DNA of 64,000 bases from an uncultured cyanobacterium (GTDB taxonomy: Bacteria > Cyanobacteriota > Cyanobacteriia > Cyanobacteriales > CAWCAG01): NCBI GenBank assembly GCA_963793425.1, contig CAWCAG010000001.1:366231-430230 (forward strand). The letters run 5' to 3'. Below, piece after piece: positions 51,947 through 62,113 of this stretch (its first letter is position 1; each line of letters starts with the position of its first letter). Under the pieces are notes generated by a model that was given only the letters and a program-made list of their open reading frames with translations, ran no database searches and had not been told where the DNA came from. Both the position numbers and the translations under genes were made by a program.

Positions 51947-53407
51947 ATGCTCCTTACAGATGATTTATTGTTGAATTATAAGCGTTGTCGCCGCCGTCCT
52001 TTTTTAGATATTCACGGAGATTTTTCCCAAAGGGAGCCAAAAAGGGATTTTGTTTTCAAGCTTCAACAGCAGAACAAAACCCATATAGCCAATGTTCTAG
52101 AAGAAAAAGTTTATCAAAAACCCGATGCTCCTTACAAAGATTGGCAGGCTAAAGCTAACCAGACTCTGTTGTTTATGCAGTTAGGAGTTGAACGCATTAA
52201 TAGGGGAGTTTTGCTACTCTCGGAATTTGCGGATTGGGGATTGAAAGAGGAACTTGATTTACATCAGGTAACTTTAGTGGGTTTTCCTAGTCTTTTAGTT
52301 AGGCAGCCAGGAAAGTCTCGCTTTGGTGATTGGCACTATGTCCCGATTAATATTAAACTTGGTCGCAAAGCTAAACCGGAATATAAATTAATTAGTGCTT
52401 TTCATAGCCGATTATTAGCTAGCATTCAAGACAGATTGCCGGAAAATGGGCAAATTATTTTAAAAGAACAAAACACTTCTAATCTCAACCCAGAAATTTG
52501 GTTGCCAAAACTAAAATCTAGTTTAGAAGATTGTTTAGAAATGTTGCAATTAGAGCAAGAACCAGAGGTATTTATTTCTCGCCAACGTTGTAGTCTTTGT
52601 CATTGGTATAGTTACTGCCATCAAGTTGCGGAAAAAACCTCTCATCTTTCTCTTGTCCCTGGAGTAACCCCCAGTCGCTATGAATATTTACAAACAATTG
52701 GTGTGACAACTCCAGAAGCTTTAGCTAATATCGCACCAGAAGAGCATGAAGAGTCTTTGGGTGGGGAAATGGCTTTTTCATTGCAACAGCAAGCTAAAGC
52801 GATTTGGGAAAATAGAGCTATTAGCAAACCTGCTGATTTATCAAGTAGCAATTTTACTGTTCCGACGGCCTCTGTAGAGTTATATTTTGATCTTGAAGCA
52901 GAACCAGAACGTAACATTGATTATCTCTTTGGTGTACTCTTAATTAATCGTAGTAATAATACTGAGCAATTTCACCCGTTTCTTGCGGAAAATGTCGCTG
53001 AGGAAGGCTTGATTTGGCAGCAATTTTTAGACTTAGTTGAACTTTATCCTCAAGCCCCAATTTTTCACTTTTCTGAGTATGAAGTTGATGCTGTTAGACG
53101 TGTGGCTAGCCTCTACAAGACTCCCACAACAGTAGTTAACCCCTTACTTTCCCGTTTTGTGGATCTCCATGATGTGGTGACAAAATCTGTGGTTTTGCCC
53201 ATAGAAAGTTATTCCTTAAAATCTATTGCTAACTGGTTAGGTTTTCAGTGGCGCGATCGCCAAGCCAGGGGAGATCAATCTGTTTGTTGGTATGACTGGT
53301 GGTTAGAGAGTAATGATCGTTCTTGGTTGGAAACAATTTTGCGCTACAACGAAGATGATTGTCGTGCAACTATGCACTTAAAAAATTGGCTGGCTGACTT
53401 TCTTTAA
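51947..53407 (+). CDS. TM0106 family RecB-like nuclease with RNase H-like C-terminal domain
   Basis: RCRRR; C..C.W...C; LYFDLEA; HFS.YE; SYSLK; YNEDDC.AT. Confidence 0.88.
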   Translation: MLLTDDLLLNYKRCRRRPFLDIHGDFSQREPKRDFVFKLQQQNKTHIANVLEEKVYQKPDAPYKDWQAKANQTLLFMQLGVERINRGVLLLSEFADWGLKEELDLHQVTLVGFPSLLVRQPGKSRFGDWHYVPINIKLGRKAKPEYKLISAFHSRLLASIQDRLPENGQIILKEQNTSNLNPEIWLPKLKSSLEDCLEMLQLEQEPEVFISRQRCSLCHWYSYCHQVAEKTSHLSLVPGVTPSRYEYLQTIGVTTPEALANIAPEEHEESLGGEMAFSLQQQAKAIWENRAISKPADLSSSNFTVPTASVELYFDLEAEPERNIDYLFGVLLINRSNNTEQFHPFLAENVAEEGLIWQQFLDLVELYPQAPIFHFSEYEVDAVRRVASLYKTPTTVVNPLLSRFVDLHDVVTKSVVLPIESYSLKSIANWLGFQWRDRQARGDQSVCWYDWWLESNDRSWLETILRYNEDDCRATMHLKNWLADFL

Positions 53408-53666
53408 GAAGTAAATTAGTTGCCCTCTATCTAAGGAAAGAATTCTTCGTTGACAAGTAAAAGTTCTCAAATCAAAGGTGATTTTTAAGAAAAAAAGTCA
53501 GTTACTATAAAGTTATGCAAAGTTTTTTAAAATTACCTGATTTCCCTAAGTAATTCATGGCTAGTCCTCAGTAAATAATGCTAAATTAACATTGTTGAAG
53601 CGTTAAGCATAGATATAATTTCAGACGCTTTCATTTTCTTTACCCTCCATACCAACCAACCAAAAG

Positions 53667-53894
53667 GTGATTGATATGATACCCCCAATAACCCCTATTT
53701 TCTTGATACTAACTGCTCTGGGGAGTATTCTTTGGTATCAGCGGACTCCTCACGAAATTTACCGCGTGCTTGCCACTGTTTTAGTTGTAGTTTGCTTAAT
53801 TTGGGGCTTTGCGATCGCCCATTGGTCAGTGCAACTACTGGGTCTATTTTTACTGTTCAAATTTAATTGGCTTTCCACAAAATTGGATATTTAA
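53667..53894 (+). CDS. Small membrane hypothetical protein
   Basis: Hydrophobic ~75-aa ORF with 2-3 TM segments. Confidence 0.55.
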   Translation: MIDMIPPITPIFLILTALGSILWYQRTPHEIYRVLATVLVVVCLIWGFAIAHWSVQLLGLFLLFKFNWLSTKLDI

Positions 53895-54062
53895 AAGAGG
53901 TTAGATATCAAAGCTTTTCTGAAAGTGATTAGGGACTGGTCTATAATTTAGGCTCACTTTAGGATAAATCAAATATCCTTCAAACCATCAGTTAAGTTGT
54001 TACTGCCTTAACTTATACTTATTGATGACTTGCCTAGCTTATAACCCAAGGAGGAATCGCCC

Positions 54063-55322
54063 TTGTCTCGTCGCTACTTATTCACTTCTGAGTCAGTTAC
54101 AGAAGGTCATCCTGATAAAATTTGTGATCAAATCTCTGATGCTATCTTAGATGCCTTGCTTACTCAGGATGAAGCCAGTCGCGTTGCTGCTGAAGTTGTA
54201 GTTAACACTGGTTTGGTACTAATCACTGGGGAAATATCCTCCCAAGCTAAGGTTAATTATGTTAATATAGCTCGGCAAAAAATTGCAGAAATTGGCTATA
54301 CCGATGCTAAAAACTGCTTTTCTGCCGATAGTTGTTCTGTGTTAGTTGCCTTAGACGAACAGTCTCCAGATATTGCTCAAGGAGTTACCACAGCCCAGGA
54401 ACAGCGCCAAGCTATGAGTAATGATGAATTAGATCAGATTGGTGCTGGAGATCAGGGCTTAATGTTTGGTTTTGCTTGCAACGAAACTGCTGAGTTAATG
54501 CCTTTACCCATTAGTTTGGCACACTACATTTCTCGTCGTTTAGCAATAGTACGCAAAGAAGGAAAATTGCCTTACCTTGGGCCAGATGGCAAAACCCAGG
54601 TGAGTGTGATTTATGAAGATGGTAAGCCTGTGGGTATTGATACCATCTTAATCTCCACTCAACACACAGAAACCATTGGTGAGATTAGTGATGGTGCTGC
54701 GGTGCAAAAGAAAATTAAAACTGACTTATGGGAAGCGGTAGTACAGCCAGTTTTTGCTGAGTTAGAGATTAAGCCAGATCAAGGAACTCGCTTTTTAGTT
54801 AATCCTACCGGAAAATTTGTGATTGGTGGGCCTCAAGGAGATTCTGGCTTAACAGGAAGAAAGATTATTGTTGATACCTACGGTGGTTATTCTCGTCATG
54901 GTGGCGGTGCTTTTTCAGGGAAAGATCCTACCAAAGTTGACCGTTCTGCTGCCTATGCAGCGCGGTATGTGGCTAAGAATATTGTAGCAGCCGGTTTAGC
55001 CGAAAAGTGTGAAGTACAGCTTAGTTATGCCATTGGTGTGGCTCGTCCGGTTAGTATTTTAGTAGAAACTTTTGGTACGGGCAAGGTAGAAGAAGAAGTG
55101 CTTTTAGATTTAGTTCAGAAGCATTTTGAATTACGTCCGGCAGGAATCATTCAAGCTTTTAACCTACGGCACTTACCAGCAGAACGAGGTGGCCATTTCT
55201 ACCAGGATATAGCAGCTTACGGTCATTTTGGTCGAGAAGATTTAGATTTACCTTGGGAACGCACAGATAAAGCTGAGGTTTTGAAAAAAGCCTTAGTTCA
55301 GACGGCGACTGTGGGAGTTTAG
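54063..55322 (+). CDS. metK: S-adenosylmethionine synthetase
   Basis: [19 protein letters not shown] and [16 protein letters not shown]. Confidence 0.98.
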   Translation: MSRRYLFTSESVTEGHPDKICDQISDAILDALLTQDEASRVAAEVVVNTGLVLITGEISSQAKVNYVNIARQKIAEIGYTDAKNCFSADSCSVLVALDEQSPDIAQGVTTAQEQRQAMSNDELDQIGAGDQGLMFGFACNETAELMPLPISLAHYISRRLAIVRKEGKLPYLGPDGKTQVSVIYEDGKPVGIDTILISTQHTETIGEISDGAAVQKKIKTDLWEAVVQPVFAELEIKPDQGTRFLVNPTGKFVIGGPQGDSGLTGRKIIVDTYGGYSRHGGGAFSGKDPTKVDRSAAYAARYVAKNIVAAGLAEKCEVQLSYAIGVARPVSILVETFGTGKVEEEVLLDLVQKHFELRPAGIIQAFNLRHLPAERGGHFYQDIAAYGHFGREDLDLPWERTDKAEVLKKALVQTATVGV

Positions 55323-55472
55323 AGGGAGCTAGGGAGATGGGGAGCTGGGGAGCTGGGGTAAGATAAGAACTATTAGCTATTAGCTATTAGCAACTAGCTA
55401 TTAGCAAAAACTAGAATCTAGACTCTTGTTTTGCTGTACCTCATCTGATGGCCTTATTATTCCCTTATCTCC

Positions 55473-56567
55473 TTAAATTTTCAAGACAGTATTGTTGTCA
55501 ATTAAAGCGGGTTTTCCTTCTTTGTTAATAGCGCTGAAACCTCGAAAGTAATTACTGATTTCTTCTGGGAAAGTGGGGAAGTCGAAAATACTATCTCCTT
55601 GGGCAATATCAGCCCAAAAATAACGTAAATTAGCGATATACTTTTCGGCTTCAATAACTGGTAACTTGAGGGGGGGGTCAGTTAACAATCTCATCATAAA
55701 AGGATAAGAGCGATCGCCCATCCATTCCCTAGAAAATTGGGGTAAGTTTTCCCAGCCAGGGACAGATTTTACTTGATGAGAAGTGATGTTTAATTCCTTT
55801 TCTCCTAACTTATTGGTGTTAAGTTCTAAGATGCGGTAGGGGTGAGGATAGCTAACTAAAGAACCTGTGGTAATTTCATAAAGTTCTTCTTCTTGGGCAA
55901 TATCTTGAACGTGTAAATGTCCTGTGAAAATTAACTGAACTCCATGACGGCGTAGGAGCTTTTTTAATTGAGGAGCATTATCAAGCATATAACGCTGTCC
56001 CAAAGGATGTAAAGATTGTCCAGGTAAATGTTCCACCACATTATGATGTACCATAACCATAATGAATTTATTTTGGTATTGAGAAAGAACCTTTTCTAAC
56101 CAAAGTAATTGTGGTTGATCTATGCAACCAAGTTGTTGCCCAGAAGCATCAAATTGATTAGAATTTAAAGCAATTAATTGTACGCCGGGGTGTATTTCTT
56201 TGGTGTAATAAAGTTGTTCAGGATTATCATAACCAAAGTCTTGATAATAACTAGGAAAATCTTTTAAACCAATACATTTATGCGTAGCATTGAGGCTGGG
56301 TACATCATGATTTCCGGGAATCACATAAGCGGGAAAAGGTAAGGAAGCAAGGCGTTTTTGCAACCAGGAATGGTTTTCTGGTTCGCCATGTTGAGTTAAG
56401 TCTCCTGGTAGGAGGAGAAAGTCTAAGTTAAGGGCTTCTAAATGGGTTAAAGCTTTTTCTAAAGCGGGGATGCTTACCTCGATTAAATGAAACCTTTTCG
56501 GGCTATCCCAAATAGTTTCTGGTAAGCCAATATGTAAGTCGCTAATAATAGCAAAACGAAAATTCAT
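55473..56567 (-). CDS. Calcineurin-like metallophosphoesterase (likely start ATG 56567)
   Basis: SDLH, GDLT, PGNHD, HHN and GHLH motifs. Confidence 0.9.
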   Translation of the reverse strand: MNFRFAIISDLHIGLPETIWDSPKRFHLIEVSIPALEKALTHLEALNLDFLLLPGDLTQHGEPENHSWLQKRLASLPFPAYVIPGNHDVPSLNATHKCIGLKDFPSYYQDFGYDNPEQLYYTKEIHPGVQLIALNSNQFDASGQQLGCIDQPQLLWLEKVLSQYQNKFIMVMVHHNVVEHLPGQSLHPLGQRYMLDNAPQLKKLLRRHGVQLIFTGHLHVQDIAQEEELYEITTGSLVSYPHPYRILELNTNKLGEKELNITSHQVKSVPGWENLPQFSREWMGDRSYPFMMRLLTDPPLKLPVIEAEKYIANLRYFWADIAQGDSIFDFPTFPEEISNYFRGFSAINKEGKPALIDNNTVLKI

Positions 56568-56627
56568 TATTAAACATTTATCATTTATCATTTATCATTA
56601 AACATTAAAGATTTATCATTTATCAAC

Positions 56628-56691
56628 GTAGGGGCGACTCGTTTATAAAGTATTGCGGGTAAACCATAATGTGAATTGAGTCGCCCGTTAC
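56628..56691. repeat. REP/REPIN-like inverted-repeat element (GTAG family, variant arms)
   Basis: gtaggggcgactc...gagtcgcccgttac. Confidence 0.7.
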
Positions 56692-56721
56692 TTGTTTGTT
56701 ACTTAGTAGGAGATTTAATTC

Positions 56722-57354
56722 TTGGCCAGATTTCGAGTTCGACAGCACGTTAACCCCTTATCTCAAAAATACCAAACTCCTGCCGCTCCTCCTCAATGGC
56801 AGGAAGTTTATCAAGATCCGACTCAACCATTACATTTGGATATTGGTTCAGGTTGGGGCAATTTTTTGTTGGCAATGGCACAACTCCATAAGGATGTTAA
56901 CTTTCTGGGCTTAGAAATCCGCAAACCTTTGGTAAATAAGGCTAATTACGAAAAAGAACAACTGGGCTTAAATAATCTCCATTTCCTATTTTGCAATGTT
57001 AATAATTCTTTGGGGGAATTATTAAGCTCGTTACCTACCCAAGGGCTACAATGTGTGACGATTCAATTCCCAGATCCTTGGTTCAAAAGAAAGCATATTA
57101 AACGTCGAGTAATTCAACCAGAGTTAGTAGATATTTTGGCTCAGTTTTTAATGCCAGGAGGTAAAGTCTTTTTACAATCAGATGTTGAAGCGATGACGAA
57201 AGAAATGCGCCAATGTTTTGATAAGCATCCTGATTTTAAGCAACAACATGAAGAGGTTTATTTAGCAGAAAATCCTTTTCCTCCTACAGAAAGAGAGGCC
57301 TATACTTTGAAGTTAGGAAAGCCTGTTTATCGAGCATTAATCATTAAACATTGA
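56722..57354 (+). CDS. trmB: tRNA (guanine-N7)-methyltransferase
   Basis: RVRQHVNPL, LDIGSG.G, LEIR, FPDPWFK..H and PTERE. Confidence 0.95.
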   Translation: MARFRVRQHVNPLSQKYQTPAAPPQWQEVYQDPTQPLHLDIGSGWGNFLLAMAQLHKDVNFLGLEIRKPLVNKANYEKEQLGLNNLHFLFCNVNNSLGELLSSLPTQGLQCVTIQFPDPWFKRKHIKRRVIQPELVDILAQFLMPGGKVFLQSDVEAMTKEMRQCFDKHPDFKQQHEEVYLAENPFPPTEREAYTLKLGKPVYRALIIKH

Positions 57355-57417
57355 ACATTAAACATTAAACATTTATCATTGGGTGTTGGTTATTGAATTG
57401 CGATCGCAAAATTGTAG

Positions 57418-57478
57418 GTAGGGGCGGGTTTGAGTAAATGTCTGTTATTGCCTAATATATGGATAAACCCGCCCCTAC
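57418..57478. repeat. REP/REPIN-like element with perfect 14-bp arms
   Basis: GTAGGGGCGGGTTT...AAACCCGCCCCTAC. Confidence 0.85.
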
Positions 57479-57489
57479 AGTTTGTGGGA

Positions 57490-57830
57490 TTACCCTTCTT
57501 CAACGACTATTTGCCACAAAGCATTGATAACATAACCAAGCTGAGGATAATCTTGATTTTCCTGAAGCCATTGCACTAGTTGAGGGAGAATGCAGGATTC
57601 TTTTTTACCTAATTCACCCAAAGTCGAAGCAGCAAGACTGCGTGTAGAAGAATCATCATCACTAACAAGACTCAGCAAAGCAGTTACAACTTCCTCTGAT
57701 GCTTTTTGTGTATGACCTAAAGTGTAAGCAGCGCCAGAGCGTTTAGTAACCCGGTGCGCTCTTGAATTAAACTCAGAAAACGCTTTGCTTCTTCCTTTGC
57801 TTCATAGGATTGAATAGACTTGTCTACAGG
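57490..57830 (-). pseudogene. Remnant of a NACHT-HEAT repeat gene with a large internal deletion
   Basis: One frame reads YEAKEEAKRFLSLIQERTGLLN. A shifted frame reads RSGAAYTLG...VVTALLSLVSDDDSSTRSLAASTLGELG...ALWQIV (HEAT repeats). Confidence 0.65.
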
Positions 57831-58069
57831 GGATTAAAATCAAACAAACCCAAGAGCAAAAGTATATCAATCGTCTTCAAGAAAAAAGGAGAAATGATCA
57901 GAGGCATAGCGATTTTTGGGTAGGACTATATGGTCATAGTTGGCTGATTAGTTGGCAGCTTTGTCATAATCTCGCCCAAAGATGGATAGAACTTCATAGC
58001 TGCAAGCTACCTAATTATCACCGTGGCTTGAAAGCTATGACCTTTATTGAGTCTACTTTCTAGCTCTCT

Positions 58070-58200
58070 TGTCACCCCGTCAGTGCTTTTAGGCTCATGT
58101 GAACATTCTATCTTTTTGAGTATAAAAATGTTCGTAATAGAGCGATAATTGTCAAGCCGTCCTAAAACGACGGGGTTTCAGACCCAAGGAGTTTTGATGA
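58070..58200. mobile_element. Probable IS200/IS605-family end or non-autonomous remnant
   Basis: Hairpin ccgtc-ctaaaac-gacgg followed by ggtttcagaccca resembles the subterminal palindromes of cyanobacterial IS605-type elements as I recall them; no transposase nearby. Confidence 0.45.
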
Positions 58201-58341
58201 GTTCAAGAAATTGGCAAATGATAGAAGAGAATTCTATCATTCTTTCGCGTATAGAACTCCCATGAATTTGCTATATCTTCGCTGTAGTCAAAAAATCTTG
58301 ACATCATAGTGGAGTATTCGGGAGTGCGATCGCGCTCCGTA

Positions 58342-58872
58342 TCATCTCTCTCGTATGTAGTGGCTTTTGACCTGAGTATTATTATAAATCTCCGTTCTTT
58401 TATGTCTGAAGTTAAGGACTTTCTCTGTTCTTCCAAATAGAGGAAATCCTTCTCCTAAGAGAATGGGAATACGAGCAATAATAATTTCATCAATCATGTC
58501 TTCTTGCAGGAAACTTTGTATAACACTACCGCCATCAACATACAAATTTCTATATCCTTGTTGATGCAATTGTTCAATTAGTTTTTTAATATCTCCACTA
58601 ACAATATTAGCTTTATCAAGCATATCTTCTGGAAGTTGGCTGAGACTATTGCTTAAGATAAAAACAGGTTTTTCATAGGGCCATTCATCAAAAGTTAAAA
58701 TCTTCTCAAAAGTATTTCTGCCCATAACTATGGCATCTATCCTGCTCATAAATTCAGCATACCCGTAATCACTCCGTTCAGGGTTAGGTGAATCGTATAA
58801 CCAATCTAAGCCTCCATCTTTTGTAGCGACAAATCCATCTAAACTTGTGGCTATGTAGACATAATTTGCCAT
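58342..58872 (-). CDS. Dihydrofolate reductase family protein (RibD C-terminal-like)
   Basis: YIATSLDGF, MGRNTFE, YVDGG and P.LLGEG.PLF. Confidence 0.9.
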   Translation of the reverse strand: MANYVYIATSLDGFVATKDGGLDWLYDSPNPERSDYGYAEFMSRIDAIVMGRNTFEKILTFDEWPYEKPVFILSNSLSQLPEDMLDKANIVSGDIKKLIEQLHQQGYRNLYVDGGSVIQSFLQEDMIDEIIIARIPILLGEGFPLFGRTEKVLNFRHKRTEIYNNTQVKSHYIRER

Positions 58873-58980
58873 CTAATTCTCTCCCTGGGTGATAAAAGCT
58901 AATCTTAATCGAGAGAAATCAATTTCTTAAACCGATAAGAAAAGCTAATCATTGAGCTAAAATAAGCTAATATTAATCTT

Positions 58981-59010
58981 GCTTACATTGCTTAACAATC
59001 CTGTTATGAT
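58981..59010 (+). promoter_or_regulatory. psbA promoter with HLR1-like direct repeat
   Basis: CTTACA (58982) -17 bp- TATGAT (59005); TTACATT-gc-TTAACAAT resembles the RpaB HLR1 motif. Confidence 0.55.
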
Positions 59011-59076
59011 GTAGATATACTGAGTAAGTTAAATAAACCTTGCTCTCATATATCATTCACGCAATTATACTGAACC

Positions 59077-60159
59077 ATGACAACTACATTACAACGTAGC
59101 CAAAGCGCAAGCTCTTGGGAACGGTTTTGCAGTTGGATCACCAGCACCGAAAACCGCCTCTATGTAGGTTGGTTTGGAGTCTTAATGATCCCAACTCTGT
59201 TAGCCGCCACCACTTGCTTTTTAATCGCCTTCGTCGCAGCACCTCCTGTAGACATAGACGGAATCCGCGAACCAGTAGCAGGTTCATTACTTTATGGAAA
59301 CAACATCATCTCTGGTGCAGTTGTTCCATCATCTAATGCCATCGGCTTACACTTCTACCCAATTTGGGAAGCAGCTTCTCTTGATGAGTGGTTGTATAAC
59401 GGTGGTCCCTACCAGCTAGTGATTTTCCACTTCCTCATTGGCATATTTGCTTACATGGGAAGAGAGTGGGAACTATCCTACCGCTTAGGAATGCGTCCTT
59501 GGATCTGTGTAGCTTACTCTGCTCCAGTAGCAGCAGCAAGTGCAGTATTCCTAATCTACCCATTAGGACAAGGAAGCTTCTCAGATGGAATGCCTTTAGG
59601 TATATCCGGAACCTTCAACTTCATGTTTGTCTTCCAAGCAGAACACAACATCTTAATGCACCCCTTCCATATGTTGGGAGTAGCGGGTGTATTTGGTGGA
59701 GCATTATTCAGTGCCATGCACGGAAGCTTGGTCACCTCTAGCTTAGTAAGAGAAACAACCGAAACCGAATCACAGAACTACGGTTACAAATTCGGACAAG
59801 AAGAAGAAACCTACAACATTGTTGCAGCACACGGTTATTTTGGTCGTCTAATCTTCCAATATGCCTCCTTCAACAACAGTCGTAGCCTTCACTTTTTATT
59901 AGGAGCATGGCCAGTAGTAGGAATCTGGTTCACCGCATTAGGAATCTCGACAATGGCGTTTAACCTCAACGGATTCAACTTCAACCAGTCGATACTAGAT
60001 TCACAAGGTCATGTAGTCAACACCTGGGCAGATGTATTAAACCGCGCTAACTTAGGCTTTGAAGTAATGCACGAGCGCAATGCTCACAACTTCCCCTTAG
60101 ATTTAGCAGCAGGGGAGTCTACACCAGTAGCACTAACTTCCCCAGCTATCAACGGTTAA
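59077..60159 (+). CDS. psbA: Photosystem II D1 protein, Glu130 form
   Basis: Canonical 360-aa D1; MGREWE gives E130; [13 protein letters not shown]. Confidence 0.99.
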   Translation: MTTTLQRSQSASSWERFCSWITSTENRLYVGWFGVLMIPTLLAATTCFLIAFVAAPPVDIDGIREPVAGSLLYGNNIISGAVVPSSNAIGLHFYPIWEAASLDEWLYNGGPYQLVIFHFLIGIFAYMGREWELSYRLGMRPWICVAYSAPVAAASAVFLIYPLGQGSFSDGMPLGISGTFNFMFVFQAEHNILMHPFHMLGVAGVFGGALFSAMHGSLVTSSLVRETTETESQNYGYKFGQEEETYNIVAAHGYFGRLIFQYASFNNSRSLHFLLGAWPVVGIWFTALGISTMAFNLNGFNFNQSILDSQGHVVNTWADVLNRANLGFEVMHERNAHNFPLDLAAGESTPVALTSPAING

Positions 60160-60194
60160 GTTGTTCTTAAGCACAATTTCATAACTGATTAAAT

Positions 60195-60232
60195 AAAAAA
60201 GCGTCCCTTGTAATTTAAGGGACGCTTTTTTT
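60195..60232 (+). terminator. Rho-independent (bidirectional) terminator
   Basis: AAAAAA-GCGTCCCTT-loop-AAGGGACGC-TTTTTTT. Confidence 0.92.
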
Positions 60233-60352
60233 GTGACTATAGTAGATAGCTGAATTCCCTTAGAAAGTGGCACTTGAGATTATCTAACTCTTGATTTGCT
60301 AAAGCTAAATTTTTGAGAGCTTCAGCTTCATCATATTTTACGCAGCAAATGA

Positions 60353-60499
60353 TCAAATTGCTAATCCTAAGTCTTTTCTTAATCGTTTAGACTTATATTC
60401 CAAGACGATTCTATCTTCTGGTATGCCTGCTTGAATAAGTTCATCAACGATGCCTTCTTCTGTACCATCCCGTTGAATAAAGACGCGATTACCGATTAT
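60353..60499 (-). pseudogene. XisI-family C-terminal fragment, 5'-truncated
   Basis: IIGNRVFIQRDGTEEGIVDELIQAGIPEDRIVLEY...*; upstream in-frame stop lies inside the adjacent element. Confidence 0.75.
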
Positions 60500-60709
60500 C
60501 CCTCTTCTGTCAATCTCCGGAAACAAAAGTCATTTCTAAATTCTGGAGCTTTTGTATAGTATGCGATCGCAATATTTTTTCTTCCTAAAAATTCTTGCAA
60601 GCAGCAAAATTGCCAAAATTCGATTATTGCACTCTGCATTCCCTAGTATATCATTTGTCCAGGAAGTTCAAATAATAGGAAAAATCGGAATCTGACAGAA
60701 GAGGGATAA
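60496..60709. mobile_element. MITE-like element (~214 bp) with perfect 17-bp terminal inverted repeats
   Basis: TTATCCCTCTTCTGTCA (60496-60512) and TGACAGAAGAGGGATAA (60693-60709). Confidence 0.7.
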
Positions 60710-61100
60710 AGAGTATTATTGGCGTTTGAAAGTTTATTATTGTGATTTGTCTAAGCCGGCTGTTGTTAGAGGACTTGTGATCAGAAAAGCAACAGATGAT
60801 ACTGTTAAAAGTGCATTGAACAGTGCTACAACCCAAAGAGAAAAAGCTGCGGTATATGCGAAGAATGGTTTTTGGTTTGATGCTCTGACCATAATTGGTA
60901 ATCTCTATCGCACCAATCCTAGTGATCTGGAAGCTGTTCGAGATTGGGACAGTTTGCTTAAGGATGAGGATGTCGCCCTGGATAATATAGTTGGGAAATT
61001 TATTGTTGAGTGTTGTAATCCTCTCATACCAGCTCCGCTCCCTACAGAGTCTTTAATACTAGATGTAGAGGGAATGGAGAATAGGCAATGGGGTTTTTGA
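60710..61100 (+). pseudogene. DUF928-family C-terminal fragment, 5'-truncated
   Basis: AAVYAKNGFWFDALT......P.......DW.SLL....L motif; no credible start. Confidence 0.65.
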
Positions 61101-61236
61101 AGTTATCAATTTTCCAATTTTATGATGGTTCTCCATCAATTTGTTACTTGCTGATAAAAAGTTGTATCTTAAAATCAGGTTATTCTTACATAAGCTAAAC
61201 TGAATCTAGCAATCTTAATAACCGGAGGATGCAAGA

Positions 61237-61518
61237 GTGCAAATTACCATTGACTTACCCGATGAAATTGTCAGCACAATAGGGAAAAAGTGGGATAACT
61301 TTCCTCGACAAGTGTTAGAGTGCATTGCTATTGAAACTTATCGTCAGGGAGTAATTACTTCTGCTCAGGTAGGGAGAATGCTTAACATGCCTTCTCGCTA
61401 TGAAGTAGATGCTTTTCTTAAACAGGCAGGAGCCTACTTACATTATAATGAGGAAGATTTTGAGCAAGATTTACTCACCATGCAAGAGTTAGCATCTAAG
61501 GGAAAACTTGAAGCTTAA
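61237..61518 (+). CDS. UPF0175 family putative antitoxin
   Basis: MQITIDLPDEI...AIETYRQG.IT.AQ...L...SRYEVDAFLK; GGAGG RBS. Confidence 0.85.
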   Translation: MQITIDLPDEIVSTIGKKWDNFPRQVLECIAIETYRQGVITSAQVGRMLNMPSRYEVDAFLKQAGAYLHYNEEDFEQDLLTMQELASKGKLEA

Positions 61519-62000
61519 TGAAAGTCGTTTCAGATACTTCTCCTTTGTGTTATTTGGTGTTAATTGACTTAATAGATTTGTTACCTAATCTCTACAACAG
61601 GGTAATAATTCCCAGTGCTGTATTCGATGAACTATCAGCTTCCCAAGCACCTGAACCCGTCCAAACTTGGATTGCTAATCCTCCTGATTGGCTCGAAACT
61701 AGAATAGTGGAAAGTTCGCCAGATATTGAGCTAATCGAATTAGATTTAGGAGAGCAAGAAGCAATTACCTTAGCAGAAACTATTGGTGCTGATTTACTGG
61801 TTTTAGATGATAAAGCGGCACGCAAAATAGCTTCAGAGCGTGGTTTAAGAATTATTGGCTTGCTAGGAATTTTAGGTGTAGGAGTAAAGCGAGGTTTAGT
61901 TGATTTTTCTACTGCTATTGAAGGTTTACAGCAAACCAATTTTCGTGTTTCACCTACTTTACTCAAGTCTTTGCTAGAGCGGTATCAAGATACTGAGTAG
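61518..62000 (+). CDS. DUF3368 PIN-domain putative toxin
   Basis: VVSDTSPL, LDLGEQEAI.LA, LDDKAAR; TAATG stop-start coupling with the upstream gene. Confidence 0.88.
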   Translation: MKVVSDTSPLCYLVLIDLIDLLPNLYNRVIIPSAVFDELSASQAPEPVQTWIANPPDWLETRIVESSPDIELIELDLGEQEAITLAETIGADLLVLDDKAARKIASERGLRIIGLLGILGVGVKRGLVDFSTAIEGLQQTNFRVSPTLLKSLLERYQDTE

Positions 62001-62113
62001 GAAAGAGTAATTGTAGTCTAAGTGGTGCGATCACGTTACGCACCAAAATTTCTTTTTCTTTTCCACTACTTTTTCTCTCCAGAATTTAAAATTTATTACT
62101 GGTCGTCTGTCAA

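Noticed and set aside
58203..58436. 77-aa minus-strand ORF
   Set aside because: Overlaps the DHFR-like gene in another frame and has no recognisable motif; at most a gene remnant.
60255..60345. Possible TPR fragment (KYDEAEALKNLALANQEL) on the minus strand
   Set aside because: Too short to support without a search.
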